DNA of 64,000 nucleotides from Sphingomonas sp. MMS24-J13 (GTDB lineage Bacteria; Pseudomonadota; Alphaproteobacteria; Sphingomonadales; Sphingomonadaceae): NCBI RefSeq assembly GCF_044905095.1, contig NZ_CP173258.1, positions 2,931,277 to 2,995,276 of the forward strand, read 5' to 3'. Shown piece by piece: positions 43,976 to 52,785 of this stretch (position 1 is its first letter; each line of letters starts with the position of its first letter). The notes under the pieces were generated by a model. It saw only the letters and a program-made list of their open reading frames with translations, ran no database searches and was not told where the DNA came from. The position numbers and the translations under genes were made by a program.

Positions 43976-44353
43976 ATGGATGCGACCCGCATCGCGCAGC
44001 ACGATAGCAACGATTGCCGGAAGGTCAGCCGCGTGCTCGCCCGCGTCGGCGAGAAATGGACCGTGCTCGTGGTGATGCTGCTGCGCACCGGTCCGCGCCG
44101 CTTCAACGAGATCAAGCGCATGATCGGCGGCATCAGCCAGCAGATGTTGACCCGCACGCTGAAGGGGCTCGAACGCGACGGCATGGTCACCCGCACCGTC
44201 CACCCGACGGTGCCGCCGCAGGTCGAATATGCGCTGACGGCGCTCGGCCATTCGCTGAGCGAGCCGGTCAAGGCGCTGGGCGAATGGGCGACCACGAACA
44301 TGGCGGTGATCGAGGAAGCACGCGGCAGGTACGATGAGAGGGTGGACCTGTAA
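43976..44353 (+). CDS. HxlR-family winged-helix transcriptional regulator
   Basis: CRKVSRVLARVGEKWTVLVVMLLRTGPRRFNEIKRMIGGISQQMLTRTLKGLERDGMV. Divergent from azoR. Confidence 0.75.
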   Translation: MDATRIAQHDSNDCRKVSRVLARVGEKWTVLVVMLLRTGPRRFNEIKRMIGGISQQMLTRTLKGLERDGMVTRTVHPTVPPQVEYALTALGHSLSEPVKALGEWATTNMAVIEEARGRYDERVDL

Positions 44354-44380
44354 GACCCTCCCCGACTTCGTCAGGGAGGA
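44354..44380. terminator. Bidirectional terminator hairpin ccctccccgacttcgtcagggagg
   Basis: Between convergent stops 44353 and 44390. Confidence 0.55.
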
Positions 44381-44389
44381 TTTTAACCC

Positions 44390-44899
44390 TTACTTCGCCG
44401 GCGGCAGTGTCATCGGATCCCAATGCTCGTCGGCCTTGCCATCGACGAAGCGCCACATATCGAACCAGGTGGTGGTATAGGATTTGCTCGGATCCTTGGG
44501 ATCCTTCATCTCGCGCACATAGCTAACCGTTACATAATCGCCCTCGGCCTGCACCGCGACGACCTTGGTCTGCATCTTCGCCGGGATCGGCTTCGGCTGG
44601 ACCTTGGCGATATCGACGAAATAATGGACGACCGCATCCAGCCCCGAGGCCGCGACCGGATTATGCTGGATATAGGCCTTGGTCAGATATTGGGGCGCCA
44701 TATCCCAATGTCCGGCCTCGAGCAGATCGCGCACGATCTTCAGCGCCACCTGCTTGTTGGCGTTCAACTTCGGATCGGGGCTGGTGAAGAGCGCCTCAGG
44801 GTTGGCGCTGGCGACGACCGGCGCGCTGAGCACCTGGGCATGCGCCATGCCGCTATCGAGCAGCAGGGCGGCGGCGAGAATCCAGATCGGGCGTTTCAT
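44390..44899 (-). CDS. Secreted SnoaL/NTF2-like protein
   Basis: Signal peptide MKRPIWILAAALLL, then cone-shaped NTF2-like pattern (NKQVALKIVRDLLEAGHWDMAPQYL...YIQHNP). Confidence 0.55.
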   Translation of the reverse strand: MKRPIWILAAALLLDSGMAHAQVLSAPVVASANPEALFTSPDPKLNANKQVALKIVRDLLEAGHWDMAPQYLTKAYIQHNPVAASGLDAVVHYFVDIAKVQPKPIPAKMQTKVVAVQAEGDYVTVSYVREMKDPKDPSKSYTTTWFDMWRFVDGKADEHWDPMTLPPAK

Positions 44900-45303
44900 G
44901 TGGCGTATCCCCTCTTGCATAGCGAGCCATCGACGCGACCCGCCCGTTGCGCGCCGCCTTATGCCCATGTCGCGCGCCATTCGCCAAGATGCGAATGACC
45001 GCGCTACAATTCCATCGTTCCGATGAAATGCGCGATGCAGAATGGGGATTGCCTGCCAAGCGCTCGACATTGCCAGTTGCGCAGACGCGCGAAGCCATCA
45101 GCATAGTTTCGAGCCTGCCAGCTGGCGCTTCCGGCTCCCGACAGGTCGGTACCTGGGGCACAATCCGCGTCACCCCGGCCACGGCGGGAGATGACGATTC
45201 AATTTGGACGAACAAGCCCAAGAAAAAGGGCCGGACAGGCGGCAACCAGTGCCCACCCGCCCGGCCCCAAAATTCTTTCCGGCGAACGATGTTCGCTTGG
45301 AGA

Positions 45304-45768
45304 TCAATCGACCTTGATCTTCAGGCGCGTGCGCTTCGGCGCCGCAGGCGGCGGAGCGGGCTCGGCCTTCTTCCGGCCGAGACCGATCGCCTTGGCGAGC
45401 GTGCGGCGCTTCTCGCTATAGGCAGGGGCGGTCATCGGATAATCGGCGGGCAGATCGAACGCCTGACGATAGCTTTGCGGAGTATAACCCTGGCCTTTGA
45501 TGTGGCGCGCGAGCATCGCATAGGGCTTGCCGTCGATCATGCTGATGATGTGCGCCGGGTTCGCCAGCGACTTGCGGGCCGTCACGGCGCCCTGCGGCTT
45601 GGTCTCGGCCGGCTTTGCGACAGCCGCACCACTGAGGCCGCCGAGCGCACGGTGCACCGAGGTGATCAGCGTGGACACATCACCGGTCGCAACGCTGTTG
45701 TTGCTCACATAGGCGGCAACGATTTCCGCAGTCATGGTCAGCATATCGTTCGGTAGTTCTTCACTCAT
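45304..45768 (-). CDS. mucR: MucR/Ros-family zinc-finger transcriptional regulator
   Basis: N-terminal MTAEIVAAYVSNN...V motif and C-terminal Ros/MucR region (MIDGKPYAMLARHIKG...GLTPQSYRQAFDLP...). Confidence 0.8.
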   Translation of the reverse strand: MSEELPNDMLTMTAEIVAAYVSNNSVATGDVSTLITSVHRALGGLSGAAVAKPAETKPQGAVTARKSLANPAHIISMIDGKPYAMLARHIKGQGYTPQSYRQAFDLPADYPMTAPAYSEKRRTLAKAIGLGRKKAEPAPPPAAPKRTRLKIKVD

Positions 45769-46518
45769 ATCTTACTCCAAAGCACAATTTCCTTGAATCC
45801 TCCGCTGCGCGCGTCCGGCGCGTTGGTCAAGTACGTATATTTAGCACGATCGACTTTTGTTTGGACTTTGTTCACAAATCGAGGCGAAGTGAAGGGGCGC
45901 CGTATCGCCCATGGCCCAGCTTGCGATCGAAAAAGCACCCGATCGTTGCCCGGTCGACACTGCAGCCGCTGGGACAGCCTGAAAAAGTCGCCGCACCCAT
46001 TTCTCCCCGGAGATGAAGCACATCCTCGATCATTTCGAGCCGACCCGCCCGGGAGAACGTTGAATCCGCAATATTCTATCCTTCCCGACTGTCGCGCTCC
46101 GGCCAATCTGTACTCGCCCAGGCTTACGGAAACACTTCGACTATTGGACTCTGGTACAGAAACGGATGCCCGCCTTGCGCGATCAACTGGGGCCCGCAGG
46201 GAGGCGGCAGGAATACGGGTTTCACACGAAACGAGCTTCAGCCGGAATGAGAACGGCGATTATTCGTCGATTTGCGCCGAAGTAGCGTTAACGCTGACGA
46301 TGCGAATTTGTCGAACTCATCTACGCCATTCCCAGCGTGATCGCGTATGAATGGTCGAAGCATGGCACCTGTTTCGGGCCTCACGCCGACCGATTACTTC
46401 ATGCTCTCGAAATCAGGCGCCGCCGTCGTCGTCGTGCCATCCGTCTACCCATGGAAATCATGCTGCGCGCCAACGAGGGCAAGACCATCGTGCATGCGTT
46501 CCGCGTGCGCTCGAGCAA

Positions 46519-47775
46519 TTACGCGACGGTCCGTGGAACCGGGAGTATCTCCGTAGGCGGCTCCTCCCCAAAAACGCTCCGCCCGCCATATTCATGCGAG
46601 CGCTGGCGCTCCTCCGCCATGAACGCCTGGAATGAGGGCCCGCGCGCATCCCGCTCCAGCCGCCGTGCCTGCGCGTCGAGCCGCTGGATCGCGCCGATCT
46701 TCTCGTCATTGCCGAGCTTCGCCTGCGACACCGCGTCCTTCAGCACCGCAATCGTCTTGTCATAGACCTTGATCGGAACGGGATAAGGATGGCGATCCTT
46801 GCCGCCGTGGGCGAGGCTGAAGCGCGCCGGATCGGCGAAGCGACAGGGGGCGCCGTGGATCACCTCCGCCACCAGAGCCAGCGACTTGACCGTGCGCGCG
46901 CCGACACCGGGCACGAGCAGCAGTTCGGCAAAATCCTGCGGGCCACGCTCCGCCGCCGCAGCGAGCGCACCGTGGAGACGGCGCAGGATCACATCGTCGG
47001 GCCGGACATCATGATGGTGGGGCAGGTTGAGATGCGGCAACAGCGGCTCGGCCGCCACCACCGGCTTGCGCTCCAACACCGCCACCTCACGCGCGAGCCG
47101 ATCGGGGCCGAACTCTTCGAGCAGGCTCAGTTGCGCCTGCCGTGCCGGCGCGGCACGGCGATCGGCGAGGTTGACGATATTGCCCTGCCCGCGCCCCTCG
47201 ATCGCGGCGTGCGGCGCATCGACGAAGCTCTCCAGTCCCTCGGACAGCCAGTGGTAGCGGCGTGCGACATGGGTCGCATCGTTCATGCCCTGCTGCACGA
47301 CGGTCCACTGGCCGTCATCGGTGACGACGAAGCCGTGCAGGTAGAGATCGAACCCGTCCTGCACCGCCGCGCTATCGACCTTGGCGACGAGCCGGCTGAC
47401 CCGCGACAAGGCCGTGCCGTCGATCCCGATCCGATCGCCGATCGCCACCAGCTCGGCCGGCGTCTGGCGCGAATGCCTGCCGCGGCCGCCGCAGACGTGC
47501 AGCCCCAGTTCGCCCGCCATCGGATTGAGTCCGCGCTTGAGCGCGCCGAGCACGCTGGTAGTGATGCCCGACGAATGCCAGTCCATCCCCATCACCGCGC
47601 CGAACGACTGGAACCAGAAGGGATGCGCGAGCCGCCGCAGGAATTCCTCGCGGCCATAATGGTGGACGATCGCCTCCGCCATCACCGCCCCCAGCCGCGC
47701 CATGCGCTGCCCGAGCCACGCCGGCACCCGGCCATGATGGAGCGGCAGATCGGCGCTGCCGGAGCGCTGGGCCAT
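46519..47775 (-). CDS. DUF763 domain protein
   Basis: Conserved HHGRVPAWL N-terminal motif and overall pattern of the DUF763 family. Confidence 0.6.
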   Translation of the reverse strand: MAQRSGSADLPLHHGRVPAWLGQRMARLGAVMAEAIVHHYGREEFLRRLAHPFWFQSFGAVMGMDWHSSGITTSVLGALKRGLNPMAGELGLHVCGGRGRHSRQTPAELVAIGDRIGIDGTALSRVSRLVAKVDSAAVQDGFDLYLHGFVVTDDGQWTVVQQGMNDATHVARRYHWLSEGLESFVDAPHAAIEGRGQGNIVNLADRRAAPARQAQLSLLEEFGPDRLAREVAVLERKPVVAAEPLLPHLNLPHHHDVRPDDVILRRLHGALAAAAERGPQDFAELLLVPGVGARTVKSLALVAEVIHGAPCRFADPARFSLAHGGKDRHPYPVPIKVYDKTIAVLKDAVSQAKLGNDEKIGAIQRLDAQARRLERDARGPSFQAFMAEERQRSHEYGGRSVFGEEPPTEILPVPRTVA

Positions 47776-47849
47776 GCGGGTACTCCTGCGAACGTATCAG
47801 GAACATTTTAGCAGGATTTCAGCTGATGGATAGCGGCAACCGGCCTCCA

Positions 47850-49961
47850 TCAAGGGACAGGGCTTTTATTCGCTGCCGGCGCATCCGGCGGTGTCTGATA
47901 ACCGTTCCGGTCCAGCCGCAGATCCGGCCGGATCTCGCACGGCGCGCAGCTCTGCTGGTAATGCTCGGGCACGCGGCCGCTCACCGGGTTGGTGTAGTTG
48001 AACCACATCGGCATGATCGACGGCCATTGCAGCGGCGTGCCGGTGCCACCCTGGAAATGCTCCTCGCGCTTGCCAAGGTCCTTCAGCGGGATATCGGGCG
48101 GAAAATTGCCGCTGAGGAAGCTTCGCGGCGCCTTGGGTTCTGGATCCTTGGCCTTGGCCCAGAGGCCGTCGACCCATGCGGCAGGCGTGATGTAGGGCTC
48201 GTCGAGGGTCAGGTCCCAGATCCGCCAGATCCCGTCTTCCAGCACATATTGATCATTGTAGATGCCGCCCCAGAAGGAGGCGCCGTAGAAGGCGCCGGCC
48301 GCGCCGGGGGTCTTGCCGGTGCGCGGCTGGAACAGGCGAAAATGGCCGGTGGCGGAGCGGCCGTCGTCCGAGACGAGCACCACCGGCTGCACCAGCCAGT
48401 GGTAGGACAGGCCCGGGCGGATCTCGGGCGGCTTGCCGCTGACGCGCGCTTTGATGTTGCGCTCGCGGGTGATGTAATAGCCGGCGAAAGGCGTCTCCTT
48501 GAAGCCTTTGGCGGCGATCACGCCGGTGAAGCCCGCGGCGATGCCGTCATCGGCATAGAAGCCATAAGCCGCCGAGACATTGGCGACGCCATCCCACGCC
48601 GCCGATCGCGCCAGGCGGCGCTTGGCTTCGGCCAGTGGGACGGGGGTGCGCTTGCCGGGTGCAATCGGCCCGGTCAGTGCGTTGGCGGCGACAACTTTGG
48701 CGTCTCCCGCCGCCACTATCGGTTTCCTGGTGACCGGATGAGCGCCGAGAAACGCCGGCATAGCCAGCCCCACTGCCGCGCGATCGGCCGCCGGAAGCGC
48801 CTTGCCGGGCGCATTGGGGCCCGTCGGCACCGGATCGGCAATGCGGCTCCTGCCCCAGCCTTGGAAGATATCGGTCTTCATCAAGGGAAAGCGCCGCAGC
48901 TCGCGGATCTTCCAGACGCCATTGTCCTTCACGAAGCGGTTGCGGAAGGTGGCGACCTCCCACCAGCCTTTCTCCCGATCGGCCTCGCCGAGCATGCCGA
49001 GCTCGATCCCGCGCGCCCACGCCTCGTTGCCGCCCGGCGCGATCTCCACCGTCACGTCGAACTGGTCGCGATCGTTGAGCTGCCCATGGGTGAGCCCGGC
49101 CGGGCCGATGCTTTCGAGCCAGTGGCGCACGCCCGCCGGCCCCTGCCAGATACCCTGCCCGCCAATCTCGACCACGCCATCCTGCGCGAACAGATCGACG
49201 ACATCGTCCCACATCTTGCGATCGGCATAATAGCCGTACATCGCCTGGAGATTGCGGATGCGGTCCTCGTCGTTGAGCGCATCGACCCGCTTCTGGAGCG
49301 CGGCGAGCGTCGCCTTCGCTGCCGGTGCCGGTCCGGTCGCCGGGAGGATCGGGGTACCGGCCGCCTCGGTATCGAAATGATAGGGGGGCATCGGCAGATC
49401 GCCCCCACCCCAATTGGTCCAGCCTTCCTTATACGGGCCGTCATATTGCGGGTAATAATGGACCGTCGCGATCCTCCAGACGCCGCGATCGCGCACATAC
49501 TCATTCTCGAACACGCCGCCTTCGATGCGCGCCTCACCCTTGTGGCCATGGAAGATCAAAGCTTCCCAGCGCGTCTTGGCACTGTTGCGGTCGGCAGAGA
49601 GGTTCAGCACCGGCGCTTCGATCATCATCGTCGACAGGCCGTCGGCGGTAAGGCCCTCGCGGCCACCGCCATAGCGCGTGCGCAGGAAGGCGGCGACGGC
49701 AGCGGGCCCTCTGGCTGTCTGTGCCTTCTTGATCTGCCCGTCGAAGATCAGCTGCCCGTCGGGGGCGAACAAGGCGCCGACCGCGTTCCACAATCCGAAC
49801 TGCGCATATTGGGCGTAGGAGCGCTGCAACGTCTCGACCGCGCGCACGCTTTCGGTGCGATCAAGATCACGCGCGAAGGTATCGATCGACGGATCGGCCT
49901 GAGCCGGCACCGCGCAGAGCAAGGCGAGCATCGGGCCAATCTGGGCGAATGGGCGCAGCAT
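47850..49961 (-). CDS. Large secreted protein composed of three tandem NTF2/SnoaL-like domains
   Basis: Signal peptide. Three ~200-aa repeats each starting with a Y..Y.D/W...LF..DG segment (VRAVETLQRSYAQYAQFGLWNAVGALFAPDGQ, IRNLQAMYGYYADRKMWDDVVDLFAQDGV, ANVSAAYGFYADDGIAAGF...). Confidence 0.5.
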   Translation of the reverse strand: MLRPFAQIGPMLALLCAVPAQADPSIDTFARDLDRTESVRAVETLQRSYAQYAQFGLWNAVGALFAPDGQLIFDGQIKKAQTARGPAAVAAFLRTRYGGGREGLTADGLSTMMIEAPVLNLSADRNSAKTRWEALIFHGHKGEARIEGGVFENEYVRDRGVWRIATVHYYPQYDGPYKEGWTNWGGGDLPMPPYHFDTEAAGTPILPATGPAPAAKATLAALQKRVDALNDEDRIRNLQAMYGYYADRKMWDDVVDLFAQDGVVEIGGQGIWQGPAGVRHWLESIGPAGLTHGQLNDRDQFDVTVEIAPGGNEAWARGIELGMLGEADREKGWWEVATFRNRFVKDNGVWKIRELRRFPLMKTDIFQGWGRSRIADPVPTGPNAPGKALPAADRAAVGLAMPAFLGAHPVTRKPIVAAGDAKVVAANALTGPIAPGKRTPVPLAEAKRRLARSAAWDGVANVSAAYGFYADDGIAAGFTGVIAAKGFKETPFAGYYITRERNIKARVSGKPPEIRPGLSYHWLVQPVVLVSDDGRSATGHFRLFQPRTGKTPGAAGAFYGASFWGGIYNDQYVLEDGIWRIWDLTLDEPYITPAAWVDGLWAKAKDPEPKAPRSFLSGNFPPDIPLKDLGKREEHFQGGTGTPLQWPSIMPMWFNYTNPVSGRVPEHYQQSCAPCEIRPDLRLDRNGYQTPPDAPAANKSPVP

Positions 49962-50267
49962 CGTCTCTCTCCTCGGCGCACGTCCTCTGTCGGTGGGTCC
50001 GATCCGGATCGCCGGGCATGTCTAGCGCACGCGCGGAGCCGGGCAACGATCCGACCACGCCCCTTCAGGATTGCGCAAATGTTTGCGCCGTTACGAACAT
50101 GTCGACGCGAGCCGGGCTGGGCCGGGTCGACCGCAAGCGCACTGTTAAACGGGCAGGCGCTGCGCCGCGAATACGACGACGATCGGGGATTGCGTCGAGA
50201 TGCAGGCAAAGGTCGAGGTTTCGATCAGGATGCCGCCGATCCGGCATGCGCCGCTAGCCCGGCTTGA

Positions 50268-50531
50268 TCAGCCACGGTCCGCGCCAGGCTGCAGCATGAG
50301 AATCTGCGCCTGAATGATATCGATGGCATGCTGGATGTGAAGGTCCGCAAAGCCCTTGACGCTATGCTCGTCGATCAGGGCGAGCGCGCGTCCGAGCGCT
50401 TCCTCAACCTGCAACAAGACGTTCAGCGTGCTCTTGCCCATGCGCGTAATGCCCTCTTTCCCCGGCGTGCGCAGCATGTCTACACTATTGTCTGCAAAGC
50501 CCAAGATTATCCTGACCTCGGATCGTCGCAA
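50268..50531 (-). CDS. Hypothetical small helical protein (ambiguous; antisense ORF 50328..50717 is also open)
   Basis: Complete 87-aa ORF, amphipathic helices. No family recognised. Confidence 0.25.
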   Translation of the reverse strand: MRRSEVRIILGFADNSVDMLRTPGKEGITRMGKSTLNVLLQVEEALGRALALIDEHSVKGFADLHIQHAIDIIQAQILMLQPGADRG

Positions 50532-50633
50532 AAGCCGCCCGATTGTCCGGCACGCGCAATAATGTTGTCGATCGTCAATCGACGCTTCATGCGAAATGCG
50601 GCTGCCGAGTCCAGGGACTCGGCAGCCAAACGA

Positions 50634-51245
50634 TCAAAGCTTGTCTTTGATCGCCTTGATCTTGTCGAGATGGGTCTGGACCTTCGGCATGATCTCGCCC
50701 GCCGCCGCTTTAAGTGAGGGGACATCGCCCTTGTCGGCATAGACCGTCATCAGCGACAAAGCGGTCTCATGCGCGCTGACCTGCTGGCTCGCATATTCCT
50801 TGTCGAAATCGGCGCCCGAAAGCTTGCCGAGATCGGCAAGCTTCGAATTCTGATCGTCGGTCAAGGTCGCATCGGGCGTGAGCGCGGGGCTCGCCTTGGC
50901 GGCGGCGCTCTTGATCTTGGCGGTGGAGCCGGTGTGATCCTCAACCATCATCGCCGCGAAGGACTTGAGGTCCGGGGACGTGGCCTTCTCCTTGGCCAGC
51001 TTGGCCGAGGCGATCTCGAACGCGTCGCTCTTGGCGGCCTTGTCGACGAACTCCTGCGCCGTCGGCGTCGGCGTCACCGCTTCCTTCACGTCGCCAGCGG
51101 CGTTCGAGATGGCGCTCCCGGCATCGTCGGCTGCGTTGCCAACGCTATTTTCGGTCGCTGCTGCGGTGTCGCTGGTCTTGGTGCCGCAGGCAGCAAGCGC
51201 CAGAGCAAGCGCCAAAGGCGCCGTGACAATCATCAGTTTCCGCAT
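50634..51245 (-). CDS. DUF4142-family periplasmic lipoprotein
   Basis: Lipoprotein signal MRKLMIVTAPLALALALAACG. Two DUF4142-like halves (FAAMMVEDHTGS..., YASQQVSAHETALSLM...). Confidence 0.65.
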   Translation of the reverse strand: MRKLMIVTAPLALALALAACGTKTSDTAAATENSVGNAADDAGSAISNAAGDVKEAVTPTPTAQEFVDKAAKSDAFEIASAKLAKEKATSPDLKSFAAMMVEDHTGSTAKIKSAAAKASPALTPDATLTDDQNSKLADLGKLSGADFDKEYASQQVSAHETALSLMTVYADKGDVPSLKAAAGEIMPKVQTHLDKIKAIKDKL

Positions 51246-51381
51246 AGAGTCTCTCCTGTTGAGTGCGCGTAACGTATTGAGATACGAAGCCGTTCCCACG
51301 CTGCTCGACAGGTGGCGCAATCATTTTCGGAAACCTCTCCCTGCGCTTCTCGTTATCCCCTGCAGTCACAGGAGATACGAC

Positions 51382-51699
51382 ATGAGGAAATTCACTCTCG
51401 CAGCGATGGCGATCATGGTCGCCGCTCCTGCTGTTCTTCCCGCCCCGTCTTTCGCGCAGGATCGCGCCTATCGGGATCGCGATTATCGCGGGCAGGACCG
51501 CTCATATTACAATGAGCGCTGCAAAAAGAGCAGCGGCACGACCGGCGCGGTTGCCGGCGGTGTCGGCGGTGCGGTGGTCGGCAATGCGCTGGGCGGCGGC
51601 CTGCTCGGCACGCTCGCCGGTGCGGGCGGTGGCGCCCTGCTGGGCCGTCACCTCGACAAGAAGCATGACGCCGCGCAGAACCGCAAGAACGGCTGCTGA
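51382..51699 (+). CDS. Glycine-zipper (17-kDa-antigen-like) small outer-membrane/secreted protein
   Basis: RBS ggaga. Signal peptide. GAVAGGVGGAVVGNALGGGLLGTLAGAGGGALLG glycine zipper. Confidence 0.6.
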   Translation: MRKFTLAAMAIMVAAPAVLPAPSFAQDRAYRDRDYRGQDRSYYNERCKKSSGTTGAVAGGVGGAVVGNALGGGLLGTLAGAGGGALLGRHLDKKHDAAQNRKNGC

Positions 51700-52785
51700 T
51701 CAGCCGGACCGCCCCCGCGCCGACACCGGCCAGAAGCCGATCACATCCTCGCCGTCGCAGACGGCATAGCGATCGTAGAGGTTGACGGTCGGGTCGCAAT
51801 GGGGCGTCAGCAGGGTCACCCGCGCGTCCAGTTCCGGATCGGGGGCGGCGGGTGGAGTGACGAGCATGCCCTGCTCGTCGCCCATGAAGCGATAGAGGCT
51901 GGCGGGGTCGGCGCCATCGAGTACTACCGGCGGCCCCGCTTCTGTCGCCATCGCCTTGATGCCGGCGTCGATCGTCACGCACCCCGGCGTATTGGCGCTG
52001 ATAACGCGCGTATCGATCGCGAGGGATGCCTCGAATTGCGGCCCGGCAAACTCGCAATCGCGATACTCGCGGTCCATGAAGATATAGGAACCGGGCTGGA
52101 GCTCGTTCAGAATCCCCAATTCCGCGTCGATGACGAAGGTGCCGCTTCCCCCGCCGGTGACGATTTCGGGTGCCAGCCCGGCATCGCGCAGCCGCGTGAT
52201 GATCGCAGCAAGATATAAGGAGCGTTCAGCGAGCTTCTCGCGCCGCTCGGCCACAGTCGTCACGTGCTGCAGATTGCCGCAGTAAAATTGGACGCCGCGA
52301 TAGTCCAAGGTGCCGGCCGCGCGGATTTGCCCGGCCAAAGCGATTGCAGCGTCGGCGGAGGTGACCCCGGTACGGTGCATGCCCGGATCGATGTCGACGA
52401 GAACATCGATCGTCTGGCCCGCCATTCCGGCGACGAGCCGATCGACCTGTTGGGGATGATCGACCACGATCGCCAGCGTCGCGATCCGGCGCCGCAAATC
52501 GGCCAGCCGCGCGATCGCCTGCGCCGAGGCGATCGGCGAGGTAATCAGGATATCCTCGATCCCCTCGGCCGCCAGCGCCTCCGCTTCGCCGAGCTTGGCG
52601 CAGCAGATGCCGACCGCGCCGGCCGCGATCTGGCGGCGCGCAACCTCGCTGCTCTTGTGGGTCTTGGCATGCGGGCGGATCGTAATTCCCCGCTCCGCGG
52701 CCCACGCCGCCATCGTCGCGATATTCCGATCGAGCGCGGCCAGCTGCACGATCAGCGCGGGCGTCGGCAGGTCATCGCGCGTCAT
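51700..52785 (-). CDS. Fold-type III PLP enzyme, alanine-racemase-N-terminal / D-serine-deaminase-like (DSD1 / D-TA family)
   Basis: PHAKTHKS lysine motif and TIM-barrel pattern. Start refined to MTRDDLP (52785). Last gene of the phnX operon with a 4-nt overlap. Confidence 0.7.
   Translation of the reverse strand: MTRDDLPTPALIVQLAALDRNIATMAAWAAERGITIRPHAKTHKSSEVARRQIAAGAVGICCAKLGEAEALAAEGIEDILITSPIASAQAIARLADLRRRIATLAIVVDHPQQVDRLVAGMAGQTIDVLVDIDPGMHRTGVTSADAAIALAGQIRAAGTLDYRGVQFYCGNLQHVTTVAERREKLAERSLYLAAIITRLRDAGLAPEIVTGGGSGTFVIDAELGILNELQPGSYIFMDREYRDCEFAGPQFEASLAIDTRVISANTPGCVTIDAGIKAMATEAGPPVVLDGADPASLYRFMGDEQGMLVTPPAAPDPELDARVTLLTPHCDPTVNLYDRYAVCDGEDVIGFWPVSARGRSG

Noticed and set aside
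47826-50267. 813-aa plus-strand ORF opposite the triple-NTF2 gene
   Set aside because: Arg/Gly/Ala-rich antisense frame. The minus-strand protein has a signal peptide and three structured repeats.
50328-50717. 129-aa plus-strand ORF antisense to the small 50268..50531 ORF
   Set aside because: Its 3' half runs through the DUF4142 gene on the opposite strand and degrades in codon quality. Only one of the two overlapping small ORFs can be real. The minus-strand one is complete but still uncertain.
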